64,000 nt of DNA from Hyphomicrobiales bacterium (GCA_031431295.1 JANPDD010000153.1:8151-72150); one strand, 5' to 3'; counted from the first letter of the stretch, positions 17,988-30,301 are shown. Notes: generated by a model not told the origin, from the sequence alone. Translations and numbers: made by a program.

Positions 17988-19581
17988 TGCTGTCAGTGCC
18001 AACAGGCTCGAGCTTCTGCAGATTGCGGATGCCGTGGCGCGCGAGAAGTCGATCGACAAGGAAATTGTGCTCGAAGCCATGGAAGACGCCATGACGCGCG
18101 CGGCGAAGCAGCGCTACGGCCTCGAAAATGAAATCCGCGCCGAGATTGACCCCAAAACCGGCGAGACCAGGCTCAATCGCCTTTTGCAGGTCGCCGAAAC
18201 CGTCGAGGATGACGCCAAGCAGATTTCGCTTGCCGAAGCGACAAAGCGCAACCCGGCAGCGCAAGTTGGTGATTTCATCGCCGAGCCGCTGCCGCCAATC
18301 GAATTTGGCCGCATCGCCGCCCAGAGCGCCAAGCAGGTGATCGTGCAAAAGGTGCGCGATGCCGAGCGCGACCGGGTCTACGAGGAGTTCAAGGACCGCA
18401 TCGGCGACATCATCAACGGCCTCGTCAAGCGCGCCGAATACGGCAATGTCATCGTTGACCTCGGGCGCGGTGAAGGCATCGTGCGGCGCGACGAAACGCT
18501 GCCGCGTGAAACCTTCCGCCCGGGCGACCGCATCCGGGCCTACATTTACGACGTGCGCCGCGAACAGCGGGGCCCGCAGATTTTCCTGTCGCGCACGCAC
18601 CCGCAATTCATGGCCAAGCTCTTCGGCCAGGAAGTGCCGGAAATCTATGATGGCGTCGTCGAGGTTGTTTCCGTTGCCCGAGATCCCGGCAGCCGCGCCA
18701 AGATCGGCGTGCGCTCGAAGGACAGTTCCATTGATCCGGTGGGTGCGTGTGTCGGCATGCGGGGCTCGCGCGTGCAGGCCGTCGTCAACGAGTTGCAGGG
18801 CGAGAAGATCGACATCATCCAGTGGTCGCCGGACGTGGCGACGTTTGTGGTGAACGCGCTCGCCCCCGCCGAAGTTGCCAAGGTCGTGCTTGATGAGGAA
18901 ACAGAGCGCATCGAAGTGGTGGTGCCGGATGAGCAACTGTCACTCGCCATCGGGCGGCGCGGCCAGAATGTGCGGCTGGCCTCGCAGCTCACGGGCTGGG
19001 ACATTGACATCATGACGGAGGCGGAAGAGTCGGAACGCCGCCAGAAGGAATTCACTGCCCGCACGCAGCGCTTTGTCGATGCGCTTGATGTGGATGAAAC
19101 CCTGGCGCAGCTCTTGGCCTCCGAGGGCTTTGACCAGGTTGAGGAAGTGGCCATGGTGGAGGCGCGGGAAATTTCCTCCATCGAAGGGCTTGACGAGGCA
19201 ACCGCCGAAGAATTGCAGAACCGTGCCAAGGCCTACCTGGAAAAGGAAGCCGCAGAGCTCGAAGAAAAGCGCCGTGCTCTTGGTGTCGGGGATGACCTTG
19301 CAGGGTTCGAGGGTCTTTCAGGACGCATGGTCGTGGCGTTGGGTGAGGTCGGGGTGAAATCGCTCGAGGATTTCGCCGATCTTGCCAGTGATGACCTGAC
19401 CGGGTGGAACGAACGCAAGAACGGTGAAACCGTGAAGCACAAGGGCCACCTGTCGGAACACGGCATCGACGCGGGCGAGGCCGAGGCGCTGATCATGAAG
19501 GCCCGTGTGCAACTCGGGTGGATTGAGGCACCTGCCGACGTCGAGGCGGTGGTTGCCGCTTCAGAGGAGCAGGACGCCTGA
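17980..19581 (+). CDS. nusA: Transcription termination/antitermination factor NusA
   Basis: Internal ATG of track ORF 17875-19581. [30 protein letters not shown] is a canonical NusA N-terminus, followed by S1 and KH domains. Overlaps rimP by 8 nt. Confidence 0.95.
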   Translation: MANAVSANRLELLQIADAVAREKSIDKEIVLEAMEDAMTRAAKQRYGLENEIRAEIDPKTGETRLNRLLQVAETVEDDAKQISLAEATKRNPAAQVGDFIAEPLPPIEFGRIAAQSAKQVIVQKVRDAERDRVYEEFKDRIGDIINGLVKRAEYGNVIVDLGRGEGIVRRDETLPRETFRPGDRIRAYIYDVRREQRGPQIFLSRTHPQFMAKLFGQEVPEIYDGVVEVVSVARDPGSRAKIGVRSKDSSIDPVGACVGMRGSRVQAVVNELQGEKIDIIQWSPDVATFVVNALAPAEVAKVVLDEETERIEVVVPDEQLSLAIGRRGQNVRLASQLTGWDIDIMTEAEESERRQKEFTARTQRFVDALDVDETLAQLLASEGFDQVEEVAMVEAREISSIEGLDEATAEELQNRAKAYLEKEAAELEEKRRALGVGDDLAGFEGLSGRMVVALGEVGVKSLEDFADLASDDLTGWNERKNGETVKHKGHLSEHGIDAGEAEALIMKARVQLGWIEAPADVEAVVAASEEQDA

Positions 19582-19610
19582 GCGAGACCTTCCCAGCAAG
19601 CGAGGCGGAA

Positions 19611-20195
19611 ATGCCAGAGCGCATGTGCATCGTGACCCGCGAAGTCATGGATGAGGCAGCGCTTCTGCGGTTTGTTGCAGCGCCGGACGGCACGGTGGTG
19701 CCTGACCTCAAGCGCAACCTGCCGGGACGCGGCGTGTGGGTGAGCCTTGACAGGGCAAAACTGGCCGAGGCCACAAGCAAGAACCTGTTTTCCAGGGGTT
19801 TTGCCTGCAAGATGCAAGCGGACCCTGAGTTGCCGGATCGCCTTGCCCGCCTGCTGCGTGCCGACATCGTTTCCTGCCTCTCTCTTGCCCGCAAGGCCGG
19901 TGAAGCTGTGTCGGGGTTCATGAAAGTGGAAGAGGCGCTGAAGCGGGGACCGGTCAGGGTGTTGCTGCATGTGGCCGATGCGGGCGACGACGGGGTCCGG
20001 AAACTCAACCGGCTGGCGGGCGAAAATGCGCGCATTTGCAGCTTCATGACAATGGCCGAATTGGATTTGGCATTTGCCAGGGCAAATGTGGTACACGCAG
20101 CCGTGGCCGCGGGCGGCTTGGCTGAAAAACTGGTATTCCACCTGGGTCGCCTGGCGGCCTATGAAGGTTTGCCATTCACCTCGAAGACGAATTGA
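19611..20195 (+). CDS. ylxR: YlxR/DUF448 RNA-binding protein with L7Ae-like C-terminal domain
   Basis: 194 aa. MCIVTREVMDEAALLRFV...LPGRGVWV signature. Conserved position between nusA and infB. Confidence 0.85.
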   Translation: MPERMCIVTREVMDEAALLRFVAAPDGTVVPDLKRNLPGRGVWVSLDRAKLAEATSKNLFSRGFACKMQADPELPDRLARLLRADIVSCLSLARKAGEAVSGFMKVEEALKRGPVRVLLHVADAGDDGVRKLNRLAGENARICSFMTMAELDLAFARANVVHAAVAAGGLAEKLVFHLGRLAAYEGLPFTSKTN

Positions 20196-20237
20196 AGACA
20201 TTTTGCAGACTTGGGACTTGAAGTCAGAAAACGGATT

Positions 20238-22811
20238 ATGAGCGATACGACGGATAACAAAGACAAGACTGGTTCTGCCAAACCCGGTGGCACGCTGACC
20301 CTCAAGCGGCCTGCCGTGGAGCAGTCGCGCGTCAAGCAGAGCTTCTCCCATGGCCGCAGCAAGTCGGTTGCGGTCGAGATCAAGCGCAAGCGTTTTGGCG
20401 ATGACAAGGCAACTGCCGAGGCAAAGCCCGCCTTCAAGCCGCAGCCACGTGTTGCAAACGCGCCGAGCGTTGCCGCCAAGCCAACGAGTCCGGCCCCCAG
20501 CCGGCCCGGCGTTGTTCTGCGCACCCTGACCAGTGACGAGCGTGAGGCCCGTGAACGGGCCTTGAGTGATGCCCGGGTGCGCGAGGCCGACGAGCGCAAA
20601 CGCCAGGAAGAAGATCTGGTGCGGCGCAAAGTCCAGGACGACCGTGACCATATCGAGCGGGAGGCCGCCGCCAAGCGCAAGGCCGAGGATGACACCCGCC
20701 ACCAACAGGAAGAACAGGGCCGCCGCAAGGCGGAAGAGGCCGCCAAGAAACTCGCGCCGAAGGGACCGGCGCAGGATGATGACGAAAGCGACGGGCGCAG
20801 GCCTGGTGGCGGCCGCCCGGGCGCTGCACGTGCCGGTTTTGCGCGGCCTGGAACGGCGACGCGGGTGATCAAGGCGCCGGTGCCGACACGAACCAAGGCC
20901 GATATCGAAAAGAAGGGCATGCGCGGCCGGTTGACGGTTGCCAATGCGCTGGATGAAGACGGCAATGAGCGCGGCCATTCGGTTGCCGCCTTCCGCCGCC
21001 GCACCGAGCGCTTGAAGAACAAGGCCCATGGTTTCCAGATGCCAACCGAAAAGATGACCCGCGAGATCATCATCCCCGAGGCCATTACCATCCAGGATTT
21101 GTCGAACCGCATGGCGGAGCGCGCCGTCGATATCATCAAGCTCTTGATGAAGCAGGGCCAGATGTACACGATCAATGACGTGATCGATGCCGACACGGCC
21201 CAGATCATTGCCGAGGAGATGGGCCACAAGGTGAAGCGCGTGTCGGAATCCGACGTGGTTGAAGGCCTTGATGCCGAAGTGGATACGGACGAGCAATTGA
21301 AGCCGCGGCCGCCTGTTGTTACCATCATGGGACACGTGGACCACGGCAAGACGTCCCTGCTTGACGCAATCCGCAAGACCAATGTTGTATCCGGCGAAGC
21401 GGGCGGCATTACCCAGCATATCGGTGCCTATCAGGTGAAGACTGATCGCGGCCTCATCACCTTCATCGATACGCCTGGCCATGAGGCTTTCACGTCCATG
21501 CGCGCGCGGGGGGCCAAGGCCACGGATATTGCCGTTCTTGTCGTTGCCGCGGATGATGGCGTGATGCCGCAGACGGTTGAATCGATCAATCACGCGAAAG
21601 CGGCGGGCGTTCCCATTATCATCGCCATCAACAAGATGGACAAGCCCAACGTGAACCCCACACGGGTGCGTACGGACTTGCTGCAGCACGATCTGGTGGT
21701 GGAGAGCATGGGCGGCGACGTGCTTGACGTCGAGGTCTCGGCGCTCAAGGGCACCAATCTTGACAAGCTGCTTGATACCATCCTGCTGCAAGCTGAAGTC
21801 CTTGACCTCAAGGCCAATCCGGACCGTGAGGCATCCGGCCTTGTGGTGGAAGCGCAGCTCGACAAGGGCCGGGGGCCTGTGGCCACTGTCCTCGTGCAGC
21901 GCGGCACGCTGAAACACGGCGATATCTTCGTAGCCGGGTCTTCCTGGGGCCGTGTGCGCGCACTCATCAATGAAAAGGGTGAGCAGCTCAAGTCGGCCGG
22001 TCCCTCTGTTCCCGTGGAAGTGCTGGGCCTCAACTCGGCACCGGAAGCGGGTGACCGTTTTGACGTGGTGCTGACGGAAGCCCGCGCCCGTGAGATCACT
22101 GATTATCGCGAACGCCAGCGCCGCGACAAGCGCGGTTCGAGTGCGGCGCGCGCCTCGCTTGAAACCATGATGAGCCAGATCAACCAGTCGGGCCGCAAGG
22201 AATTCCCGATCCTGATCAAGGCCGACGTGCAGGGCTCGGCTGAGGCCATCGTGCAGGCTCTGGAAAAAATCGGCAATGAGGAAATCCGCAGCCGCGTCGT
22301 TCACTATGCTGTGGGTGGCATCAGCGAGAGCGACATTGCGCTTGCGTCTGCCTCTGGTGCCGTGGTGCTGGGCTTCAATGTCCGTGCCAATGGCCAGGCC
22401 CGTGATGCGGCACAGCAGCAAGGCATCGAGATCCGCTATTACAACATCATCTACGACCTGGTTGACGACATCAAGGCGGCGATGAGCGGCAAGCTCGCTC
22501 CGGAAATGCGTGAAACCTTCATCGGCAACGCCAGGATTTTGGAAGTCTTCAACATCACCAAGGTCGGTAAAGTTGCAGGTTGCCAGGTCACCGAAGGAGC
22601 CGTGCAACGCGGCAACAAGGTCCGCCTTATCCGCGACAGCGTGGTCATCCACGAAGGCACACTCTCGACGCTCAAGCGCTTCAAGGACGAAGTGAAGGAA
22701 GTGAACGCCGGCCAGGAATGTGGCATGGCCTTCGAGAAGTACGAAGACATGCGCGCCGGCGATGTGATCGAATGCTTCCGTGTTGAGAGGGTGGAGCGCA
22801 AGCTGGCGTAG
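20238..22811 (+). CDS. infB: Translation initiation factor IF-2
   Basis: Start chosen at [10 protein letters not shown] within track ORF 20211-22811. GTPase motifs [24 protein letters not shown]. Charged N-terminal region. Confidence 0.96.
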   Translation: MSDTTDNKDKTGSAKPGGTLTLKRPAVEQSRVKQSFSHGRSKSVAVEIKRKRFGDDKATAEAKPAFKPQPRVANAPSVAAKPTSPAPSRPGVVLRTLTSDEREARERALSDARVREADERKRQEEDLVRRKVQDDRDHIEREAAAKRKAEDDTRHQQEEQGRRKAEEAAKKLAPKGPAQDDDESDGRRPGGGRPGAARAGFARPGTATRVIKAPVPTRTKADIEKKGMRGRLTVANALDEDGNERGHSVAAFRRRTERLKNKAHGFQMPTEKMTREIIIPEAITIQDLSNRMAERAVDIIKLLMKQGQMYTINDVIDADTAQIIAEEMGHKVKRVSESDVVEGLDAEVDTDEQLKPRPPVVTIMGHVDHGKTSLLDAIRKTNVVSGEAGGITQHIGAYQVKTDRGLITFIDTPGHEAFTSMRARGAKATDIAVLVVAADDGVMPQTVESINHAKAAGVPIIIAINKMDKPNVNPTRVRTDLLQHDLVVESMGGDVLDVEVSALKGTNLDKLLDTILLQAEVLDLKANPDREASGLVVEAQLDKGRGPVATVLVQRGTLKHGDIFVAGSSWGRVRALINEKGEQLKSAGPSVPVEVLGLNSAPEAGDRFDVVLTEARAREITDYRERQRRDKRGSSAARASLETMMSQINQSGRKEFPILIKADVQGSAEAIVQALEKIGNEEIRSRVVHYAVGGISESDIALASASGAVVLGFNVRANGQARDAAQQQGIEIRYYNIIYDLVDDIKAAMSGKLAPEMRETFIGNARILEVFNITKVGKVAGCQVTEGAVQRGNKVRLIRDSVVIHEGTLSTLKRFKDEVKEVNAGQECGMAFEKYEDMRAGDVIECFRVERVERKLA

Positions 22812-22854
22812 GGGCGAGCGCCTCAACCGCCAATTTCATGCGAGGTAACAAGCT

Positions 22855-23472
22855 GTGACGATGGCCGGTCTTTTGTTGTTTGCCGCGATTTACGCGGCGT
22901 TTGTGATTTCGCCTGGCCCAGGCGTTGCCGCAGTGGTTGCGCGCGGAATGGCGCAGGGAACCAAATCAGCCGGGGCCTATATTGCAGGTTTTGTGCTTGG
23001 GGATTTGATCTGGTTTGGCATCGCCACTTCCGGGTTGGCGGTCATTGCCGAGACATTTGAATTTTTATTCAGCGCCATCAAATATGCCGGCTGCGGTTAT
23101 CTTTTGTATGTCGCCTACAAATTATGGACAGCGCCTGTCGTGAGTTCAGAGATTGCCGCGGCAAAGAGCCGGGTGAATGCCTGGAACAGTTTTTTTGGGT
23201 CGCTTGCCATTGCTTTGAGCAATCCAAAAGTCATCGTTTTCTTTATGTCGATTTTGCCCCTGGTCGTTGATATCAAAATGATGACTGGCTTGGCAGCATT
23301 GGAATTTGCTGGCGTCATTGTTTTGGTTTTCGCGCCGTTGCAATTCCTGGTGTTGCTTGGTGCCAATCAAATCAGATGCATATTCCGCACCGAGAGCGCG
23401 CTGAAGCGGCTGAACAGGGCGACTGCCGGAATTATGGTTGGAACTGCCGTGGCGATAGCCCTGCGGCGTTGA
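22855..23472 (+). CDS. LysE/RhtB-family amino-acid exporter
   Basis: 205 aa, about six TM segments, SPGPG motif near the N-terminus. Inserted between infB and rbfA. Confidence 0.8.
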   Translation: MTMAGLLLFAAIYAAFVISPGPGVAAVVARGMAQGTKSAGAYIAGFVLGDLIWFGIATSGLAVIAETFEFLFSAIKYAGCGYLLYVAYKLWTAPVVSSEIAAAKSRVNAWNSFFGSLAIALSNPKVIVFFMSILPLVVDIKMMTGLAALEFAGVIVLVFAPLQFLVLLGANQIRCIFRTESALKRLNRATAGIMVGTAVAIALRR

Positions 23473-23493
23473 TGTGAGTTTGAAAAGGTAAAT

Positions 23494-23874
23494 ATGGCCA
23501 CCTCTGCTGACCCCTCGCAACGCATGCTGCGTGCCGGAGAGCTGATCCGCCATGCGCTGGCGGAAGTGTTCGCGCGCGGCGAAACCGGTGACCCGGAACT
23601 GGAAAAGCTCGGTGTCAGTGTGGTCGAGGTGCAAATGTCGCCCGACCTCAAGATCGCCACGGCCTATGTGCGGCCACTCATTCAGGGGAAGGAACAGAAA
23701 CTGCTTTATGCCTGTACCCGGAACCAGAAATACATGCGCGGGCTGATTGCACCAAAAGTTGACATGAAATTCATGCCGCAGCTCCGGTTTCGGGTCGATA
23801 CCGCATTGGATTACGCCAGCAAGATCGATGAGCTGCTGAAAAGCCCCGATGTGGCGCGAGACTTGAAGAAGTAG
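23494..23874 (+). CDS. rbfA: Ribosome-binding factor A
   Basis: 126 aa. QRMLRAGELIRHALAEVF and VEVQMSPDLKIATAYV motifs. Confidence 0.92.
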   Translation: MATSADPSQRMLRAGELIRHALAEVFARGETGDPELEKLGVSVVEVQMSPDLKIATAYVRPLIQGKEQKLLYACTRNQKYMRGLIAPKVDMKFMPQLRFRVDTALDYASKIDELLKSPDVARDLKK

Positions 23875-23904
23875 GTTGGTTTCTGGTTCTGAACCGGGCG
23901 TGAT

Positions 23905-25542
23905 CTATGCCGCGCCGCGCCTTGCGGTTTGTTGCGTTTCGCTGGACAGTTGCTCACGGCCATTCTGGCGGTCATTTTGGCGGCCGTGCTGGCTGTCATT
24001 TTGGGACTTGCCCTGCACGGTTTCGGCGAGGCTCTTGATGGCCTGATCGACCGACCTCACGGATTGGGTCACGTGTTCTGCGAGCCTGGCATTGTTTTGG
24101 GCCACATTCTCCAGATAGGTGACGCTCTTGTCGATCTGCTGCACACCTTCGGCCTGCTCATTGCAGGCATTGGAGATGTTCATGACCAGGTCAGCGGATT
24201 GCCGGGTCGATGCGGCGATCTTGACCATGCTTTCGTTCAGTGTGGTGGCGAGCGCGGTGCCTTCTTCGAGTTGCTTGCGGCTTTCGCGGATGTGGACGTG
24301 GATGTCCTTGAGGGCGCTGGCACTGCGCTGGGCCAGGGCGCGCACCTCGGAGGCAACCACGGCGAAACCGCGCCCCAAATCGCCGGCGCGGGCTGCTTCA
24401 ACTGCGGCATTGAGGGAGAGCAGGTTGGTCTGGAAGGCAATCTCCTGGATGAGATCGGTGATCGACAGGACGCGGTGGTTGGTTTCGGAGATCTGGGAGA
24501 TGGCGTCGCGGACATTCGACGAGATTTGACTGCCCTCAAGGGCCAGCGTGTTCGCGGTCGTTGCAAGGTCCCGGGCGGTGTGGGAGTTGTCGGCACTTTG
24601 GCGGATGGCTGCCGCCAACTCGCGGATGGCGGCCGACATTTCCTCCAGATTTGCCATTTGCTCGTCGGTTTGGCGCGACAGGGTGTCTGCCCCGCCATTG
24701 AGGGATTTTGTGCTGCCGCTGATTTGTGACAGGCTGTCCCTCGCCTGGCGCAGCACGCCATCAAGGCGTTGGCTTTGGCCCTCGAACTTTTCCCGAAGTG
24801 CCGTGACTTCGGAGATGTCGACGAGGCTGATGATGGCGGACTGGACTGTTTCATGGTCAAGGCGCTTCCAGCCCGAACTCATGACAAGAAGTCTCCTGCC
24901 CTTCTGGCTTTCAACGTGCACGCCCGATTCATACCGGCAGGGCGCTCCGGGAAATCCTGGTGGAGAGGCGTCAAGCAGCGTTTGCACGTCTCGCAGGTGG
25001 GAGGGTGCGCCCTTGAGCCCAAGGTAATCGACAAGCAAGCTGTTCGAGTAACCGACGTTTCCCTGCTCGTCGACCTGGAGAACGCCGACGGGTACGGCCT
25101 CCGTCAGCAGCTTCTGCTGGGCCTCGCGCTTTTTCAGCTGTGTCAGATCACTGTTGGTGCCCAGCACATAGGTTTTTCCATTCGCTCCAGTGACCACGGT
25201 CTTGCGCGTAAGCACGGGTACGCGTTTGCCGGTGGAAGCATTGTCGACCTCTTCCTCGATCACGTATTCCTTGCGCGTTTCGAGCAGTTTGCGTTCACGC
25301 TCCATGTAGCCCTTGGCCAAGTCCGAGACATGGATTTCAAGATCCGACTTGCCAATCAGTTCGGCACCCGTCCTGCCGCAAATTTCGCGTTGCGCGCGGT
25401 TGGCAAGCACGAAGCGGAGTTCGGAGTCCTTCGCATAGACCGGTGTTGGCAGGTTCTCGATGATGGTCGCGAGGACATCCAAGTCCTGAACCTGCATTTC
25501 TTCCCCAAGCGGTTTGGGGGCGGCTCTTCGACGGGAAAACAT
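23905..25542 (-). CDS. Soluble methyl-accepting chemotaxis protein with PAS domains
   Basis: 545 aa with no TM segments. PAS-like N-terminal half. MCP signalling domain [40 protein letters not shown]. Confidence 0.88.
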   Translation of the reverse strand: MFSRRRAAPKPLGEEMQVQDLDVLATIIENLPTPVYAKDSELRFVLANRAQREICGRTGAELIGKSDLEIHVSDLAKGYMERERKLLETRKEYVIEEEVDNASTGKRVPVLTRKTVVTGANGKTYVLGTNSDLTQLKKREAQQKLLTEAVPVGVLQVDEQGNVGYSNSLLVDYLGLKGAPSHLRDVQTLLDASPPGFPGAPCRYESGVHVESQKGRRLLVMSSGWKRLDHETVQSAIISLVDISEVTALREKFEGQSQRLDGVLRQARDSLSQISGSTKSLNGGADTLSRQTDEQMANLEEMSAAIRELAAAIRQSADNSHTARDLATTANTLALEGSQISSNVRDAISQISETNHRVLSITDLIQEIAFQTNLLSLNAAVEAARAGDLGRGFAVVASEVRALAQRSASALKDIHVHIRESRKQLEEGTALATTLNESMVKIAASTRQSADLVMNISNACNEQAEGVQQIDKSVTYLENVAQNNARLAEHVTQSVRSVDQAIKSLAETVQGKSQNDSQHGRQNDRQNGREQLSSETQQTARRGAA

Positions 25543-25839
25543 GTGCTATGATCCTAGGAAGGACACGAGGCCTTAAAGTCTTGTTGGGAAGCAAACAGAC
25601 GTCTTGGATTTGTGCAAGCAAGCCAACTGGGCTGAAACAATTGTTGTGCCAATCCTGGGTCGATGCATTCGCTTCGTCACTTCCGATTGGATTGAAATGA
25701 GTGAAGACGAAACTATGCCAACAAGGTAACCAATTGGTAAAAGCATGCTCATGAGCCTGATTGCCAAAATGCCTGTGACCCTGCCCTCAGTTTTGGGATC
25801 AGGTGTGCGAAAACAGCCGCGGCACCGTGGGGTCATTGA

Positions 25840-26808
25840 ATGAAGGGTACTGGAAACAGGCAAAAACTGAACGGCTGGGTGGCGCTCGACAAGCCGCGTG
25901 GTCTGACCTCCACCCAGGCATTGGGAAAAACGCGCTGGCTGTTTGGTGCCGAAAAAGCCGGACATGGCGGCACACTAGATCCCCTGGCATCAGGCCTGCT
26001 GCCGATCGCATTCGGCGAGGCAACGAAAACCATACAATGGGCCATGGAGGGGACCAAAACCTATCAGGTGACGGCAAGATGGGGATTCGAAACAACAACA
26101 GATGACCTCGAAGGTGATATAGTTTCGAATCGAAACAAATTTGATTTAAACAATGATAATAACATCTTACCGCGCAACATGAATTTTGCTGCAATGCAAT
26201 ATAAGCTGGTGGAGGTGCTTCCTAGCTTCGTTGGTGCGGTGCGACAAATACCACCGGCCTATTCTGCCATCAAAGTCAATGGTGCCCGGGCTTATGATCT
26301 GGCGCGGGCCGGAGAGACTGTGCAACTCGAAGCGCGCAGCGTGCAAATTGACAGTGTAAAGATTGAATCATGGCCGACCCCGTCTGAAACCACCTTTGAA
26401 GTTGTATGTGGCAAGGGCACCTACATCCGCTCACTCATCCGAGACTTGGGCCGGGCCACGGGGTGGCTGGGCCATGTTGTGAACTTGCGCCGCCTTGCCG
26501 TGGGACCGTTTCACGAAGCGGACATGATTTCGCTGGCAAAACTCGAAGAGTTGCGCCATAGGGACGCCAGCGAAAACAGCCTTGCGCCTTTCCTTCGCCC
26601 CATTGAGACCGTGCTGGACGGCATCCCGGCATTGGCCGTGATGGATCAGGATGCGCAACGTCTCAGACAAGGCCAGTCGGTTTTGTTGCGCGGGAATGAA
26701 AACCCGGCGTCGGCGGAGGTGGTTTTGGTGACCCATGACGGAAAGGCCTTCGGGCTGTGTTCCATCGACAAGGGATCATTGAAGCCCAAGCGATTGTTCA
26801 ACCTCTAA
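25840..26808 (+). CDS. truB: tRNA pseudouridine(55) synthase
   Basis: 322 aa. [13 protein letters not shown] and [15 protein letters not shown] catalytic motif. [16 protein letters not shown]. Confidence 0.93.
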   Translation: MKGTGNRQKLNGWVALDKPRGLTSTQALGKTRWLFGAEKAGHGGTLDPLASGLLPIAFGEATKTIQWAMEGTKTYQVTARWGFETTTDDLEGDIVSNRNKFDLNNDNNILPRNMNFAAMQYKLVEVLPSFVGAVRQIPPAYSAIKVNGARAYDLARAGETVQLEARSVQIDSVKIESWPTPSETTFEVVCGKGTYIRSLIRDLGRATGWLGHVVNLRRLAVGPFHEADMISLAKLEELRHRDASENSLAPFLRPIETVLDGIPALAVMDQDAQRLRQGQSVLLRGNENPASAEVVLVTHDGKAFGLCSIDKGSLKPKRLFNL

Positions 26809-26828
26809 CTCCAGTGGAGATGCACGAC

Positions 26829-27098
26829 ATGACGATTACGCCTGAGCGCAAGAGCGCGCTCATCAAGGAAAATGCCACAACCAAGGCTGACACGGGTTCG
26901 CCGGAGGTTCAGGTCGCCATCCTGACCGAGCGCATCAACGCGCTCACCGACCACTTCAAGGCCCACAAGAAGGACAACCACTCGCGCCGCGGCCTCTTAA
27001 AAATGGTCAGCAACCGGCGCAGCCTTCTCGACTATCTCAAGCGCAAGGACGAGAGCCGCTACCAGGCGCTCATCAAGAAGCTCGATATCCGCAGGTAA
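26829..27098 (+). CDS. rpsO: 30S ribosomal protein S15
   Basis: Internal ATG of track ORF 26757-27098 with a GGAGA RBS about 9 nt upstream. [36 protein letters not shown]... Confidence 0.95.
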   Translation: MTITPERKSALIKENATTKADTGSPEVQVAILTERINALTDHFKAHKKDNHSRRGLLKMVSNRRSLLDYLKRKDESRYQALIKKLDIRR

Positions 27099-27109
27099 CA
27101 AAGACCATA

Positions 27110-27193
27110 CCCTCCCCTCGGGGAGGGATACAGGATGGGGCAGCCCGCGTGTTCAGCGGTCGAACCACTCCTGCCCCTCCCTGTCGGGAGGGG
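27110..27193 (+). promoter_or_regulatory. Two GC-rich stem-loops in the rpsO-pnp spacer (rpsO terminator / pnp leader processing candidates)
   Basis: ccctccc-ctcg-gggaggg (27110-27127) and cccctccc-tgtc-gggagggg (27174-27193). Neither has a T-run. About 250-nt leader before pnp. Confidence 0.6.
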
Positions 27194-27346
27194 TGAGTGA
27201 ACACATGAGCGGGCGGACACCGAACAGCCGCCTCGCGTCCCCGTCTCAGATGAAAGCAATAGGGTTTTCGTCTTTGTCCAAAGGGGATGCCGTCCAGAAG
27301 ATCGGTGCAACAGCGGCGGCGAAGGACAATTGAAGGAATAAAAAAG

Positions 27347-29491
27347 ATGTTCAACATCGACGTAGAAGAATTGGATTGGGGCGGCAAGCAGCTCCGCATG
27401 GAAACGGGGCGCATTGCCCGCCAGGCCGATGGTGCCGTACTCGTCACCATCGGTGAGACAACAGTCCTCGCCACCGCCGTTGCGGCGCGCAGCGAAAAAC
27501 CTGGCATTGATTTCTTCCCGCTCACGGTCAACTACCAGGAAAAGACCTATGCCGCTGGCAAGATTCCTGGTGGCTACTTCAAACGCGAAGGCCGCCCGAC
27601 GGAACGCGAAACACTGATTTCGCGCCTCATTGACCGACCCATCCGCCCCTTGTTTCCTGCTGGCTTCCTGCATGAAACCCAGGTGATTGCCACGGTCCTT
27701 TCCTATGACCTGGAAAACGACACCGACATTGCAGCACTCGTCGCCACATCGGCGGCCCTCACGCTCTCCGGCATTCCCTTCATGGGTCCCATAGGGGCAG
27801 CACGCGTCGGTTATGTTGACGGTGCTTATGTCCTCAACCCCACAATCGAGCAGCAGAAGCTTTCGCAGCTTGATCTCGTGGTCGCAGGCACCCAGGACGC
27901 GGTGCTGATGGTCGAATCGGAAGCAAGCGAACTTTCGGAAGACGTCATGCTCGAGGCCGTCATGTTCGGCCACCGGGGCTTCCAACCCATCATCGAAGCC
28001 ATCATCAGGCTTGCCGAACGCTCGTCACGCGAGCCCCGTGATTTCAAGCCCAAGGACCACACGGCCCTTTATGCGGCAGTGAAAAAACAAGCCGAAGCGG
28101 ACCTGCGCAAGGCCTATGCCATGCCCAAGAAAGAAGAGCGCCAGAACGCGGTGGCCAAGACCAAGGATGCCGTGAAGGCGGCCCTCGTCAAGAAGGAGGA
28201 CCCGAACGCGCCCTCCGAACAGGCGGTGGGTGAAAACTTCAAGCATCTTGAAGCCGACATTGTGCGCAACAACATTCTCGACACGGGAAAACGCATTGAT
28301 GGCCGCGACACCACCACGGTGCGCCAGATCATCGCTGAAACCTCCGTGCTGCCGCGCACCCATGGTTCGGCACTGTTCACACGCGGCGAAACGCAGGCGC
28401 TGGTCGTGACCACGCTCGGCACCGGCGAGGACGAGCAGTATATCGACACACTCGATGGCCTCACCAAGGGCAAGTTCATGCTGCACTACAACTTCCCTCC
28501 CTTCTCGGTGGGTGAAGTGGGCCGCATGGGCGCCACGGGCCGCCGCGAAATCGGCCATGGCAAACTCGCCTGGCGCGCCATCCATCCGCTTCTGCCGAAG
28601 CCGGAGGATTTCCCCTACACGGTGCGCCTGGTCTCCGAGATCACCGAGTCCAACGGCTCCTCCTCCATGGCCACGGTGTGCGGATCATCGCTTGCTCTGA
28701 TGGACGGCGGTGTGCCGATGAAGGCGCCCTGCGCCGGCATCGCCATGGGGCTCATCAAGGAAGGCGAGCGCTTTGCCGTGCTGTCGGACATTCTGGGTGA
28801 TGAAGACCACCTGGGCGACATGGACTTCAAGGTGGCAGGCACTGCGAGCGGCATCACGGCACTGCAGATGGACATCAAGATCACCGGCATCACCGAAGAG
28901 ATCATGCGGGTCGCGTTGTTCCAGGCCAAGGAAGGCCGCATGCACATTCTCGAAAAAATGTCGGAAGCGCTGGAGAAGGCGCGTCCGGGCCTTGGCGAGC
29001 ATGCGCCGCGCATCGAGCAGATCAAGATCCCGACGGACAAGATCCGTGAAGTGATCGGCACGGGCGGCAAGGTCATCCGCGAAATCGTCGAAAAGACCGG
29101 TGCCAAGATCGACATCCAGGACGACGGCACCATCAAGGTGGCGTCTTCGTCCGGTGCCGCGATCACGGCGGCCCTGAAGTGGATCAAGTCCATCGTGTCG
29201 GAACCGGAAGTCAACGAAATCTACGAAGGCAAGGTCGTTAAGATCATGGAATTCGGCGCTTTCGTGAATTTCTTTGGCGCTCGCGATGGCTTGGTGCACG
29301 TCTCGGAGTTGGCGCCCCAACGTGTTCAGAAGGTGAGCGATGTCGTGAGCGAAGGCCAGATGGTCAAGGTCAAGTTCCTCGGCATGGACAACCGCGGAAA
29401 GATCAGGCTTTCGATGAAAGTGGTCGATCAGGCTTCGGGCGAAGACTTGTCGAAGAAGCAGGCTGAAGCAGCACCTGCCGACGCCGAGTAA
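27347..29491 (+). CDS. pnp: Polyribonucleotide nucleotidyltransferase (PNPase)
   Basis: Start at [16 protein letters not shown] within track ORF 27287-29491. Two RNase PH domains, a KH domain and an S1 domain ([16 protein letters not shown]). Confidence 0.97.
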   Translation: MFNIDVEELDWGGKQLRMETGRIARQADGAVLVTIGETTVLATAVAARSEKPGIDFFPLTVNYQEKTYAAGKIPGGYFKREGRPTERETLISRLIDRPIRPLFPAGFLHETQVIATVLSYDLENDTDIAALVATSAALTLSGIPFMGPIGAARVGYVDGAYVLNPTIEQQKLSQLDLVVAGTQDAVLMVESEASELSEDVMLEAVMFGHRGFQPIIEAIIRLAERSSREPRDFKPKDHTALYAAVKKQAEADLRKAYAMPKKEERQNAVAKTKDAVKAALVKKEDPNAPSEQAVGENFKHLEADIVRNNILDTGKRIDGRDTTTVRQIIAETSVLPRTHGSALFTRGETQALVVTTLGTGEDEQYIDTLDGLTKGKFMLHYNFPPFSVGEVGRMGATGRREIGHGKLAWRAIHPLLPKPEDFPYTVRLVSEITESNGSSSMATVCGSSLALMDGGVPMKAPCAGIAMGLIKEGERFAVLSDILGDEDHLGDMDFKVAGTASGITALQMDIKITGITEEIMRVALFQAKEGRMHILEKMSEALEKARPGLGEHAPRIEQIKIPTDKIREVIGTGGKVIREIVEKTGAKIDIQDDGTIKVASSSGAAITAALKWIKSIVSEPEVNEIYEGKVVKIMEFGAFVNFFGARDGLVHVSELAPQRVQKVSDVVSEGQMVKVKFLGMDNRGKIRLSMKVVDQASGEDLSKKQAEAAPADAE

Positions 29492-29515
29492 ATCATCAAA
29501 CCACGGATGAATTTG

Positions 29516-29543
29516 AACGCCGGGGAAACCCGGCGTTTTGTTT
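29516..29543 (+). terminator. Intrinsic terminator after the live pnp
   Basis: aacgccggg-gaaa-cccggcgtt followed by ttgttt. Confidence 0.85.
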
Positions 29544-29556
29544 GTGATGTGTCCGA

Positions 29557-29585
29557 TTGACATCCATACCAGTTTGGTATAGGCA
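29557..29585 (+). promoter_or_regulatory. Putative higBA promoter with operator palindrome
   Basis: TTGACA at 29557-29562. Perfect palindrome atacca-gtt-tggtat at 29566-29580 overlaps a TATAGG/TAGGCA -10 candidate just before the higB ATG. Confidence 0.55.
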
Positions 29586-29591
29586 TATGCC

Positions 29592-29882
29592 ATGCATGTC
29601 ATCGCCAAGCCAGCGCTGATCCGCTTTTGGGAACAACATCCGGACGCGCGGTCATCGTTGATGGCATGGTACAAAGTCATCCGGGAAAACAACTATGCGA
29701 GTTACGTCGAGTTGAAGAAAACCTTTGCGACCGCCGACCGTGTGAAGGGACTGACCGTGTTCAACATATCAGGGAACAAGTATCGCCTGATCGCCGCGAT
29801 CCACTACAACAGGCACAAAGTCTACATTCGCCGTGTGCTCACACATGCCGAATATGATCTTGGGAAATGGAAACAGCCATGA
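29592..29882 (+). CDS. higB: Type II toxin HigB (mRNA interferase)
   Basis: 96 aa. MHVIAKPALIRFWEQHPDA...VFNISGNKYRLIAAIHYNRHKVYIRRVLTHAEYD is typical of the HigB family. The toxin precedes the antitoxin, as in hig loci. Confidence 0.85.
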   Translation: MHVIAKPALIRFWEQHPDARSSLMAWYKVIRENNYASYVELKKTFATADRVKGLTVFNISGNKYRLIAAIHYNRHKVYIRRVLTHAEYDLGKWKQP

Positions 29883-30295
29883 AACACGAAATCATTTCGA
29901 CGGGACATCTGCTCAAGACCTGGAAGCCGTTCCGGGATGTGCTCGGATTTTCCACCATCCGCACAACGAAGGACTATGCCCGTGCAAATGCCGTGATGGA
30001 TCAATTGCTGGATGAGATTGGCGAAGATGAAAACCATCCATTGGCCGGGGTGCTTGAGTACTTGTCCATCCAGGTTTTGGCGTATGAGGCTGAGCGCGTC
30101 AGCATCCCAGATGCACCGCCGCGCGATGTGCTGCGTTTCCTGATGGAACAGCACGGACTCTCGCAGTCTGATCTCGGTGATTGCGCGCCGCAAAGCAGGA
30201 TTTCCGAGATTCTGAACGGGCGGCGGGAAATCAGCAAAGAACTGGCAAAGGCATTGGCTGGCAAGTTCGATGTCAATGTAGGCGTATTTATCTGA
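29879..30295 (+). CDS. higA: Type II antitoxin HigA (XRE HTH)
   Basis: ATGA overlap with the higB stop. C-terminal [43 protein letters not shown]. Confidence 0.85.
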   Translation: MKHEIISTGHLLKTWKPFRDVLGFSTIRTTKDYARANAVMDQLLDEIGEDENHPLAGVLEYLSIQVLAYEAERVSIPDAPPRDVLRFLMEQHGLSQSDLGDCAPQSRISEILNGRREISKELAKALAGKFDVNVGVFI

Positions 30296-30301
30296 GACTC
30301 G

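Noticed and set aside
19233-22826. 1197-aa ORF on the minus strand, the longest in the track
   Set aside because: It is entirely antisense to nusA, ylxR and infB, which have unmistakable motifs. Its translation is low-complexity, Arg/Ala/Gly/His-rich, with no recognisable domain. This is a typical high-GC shadow ORF.
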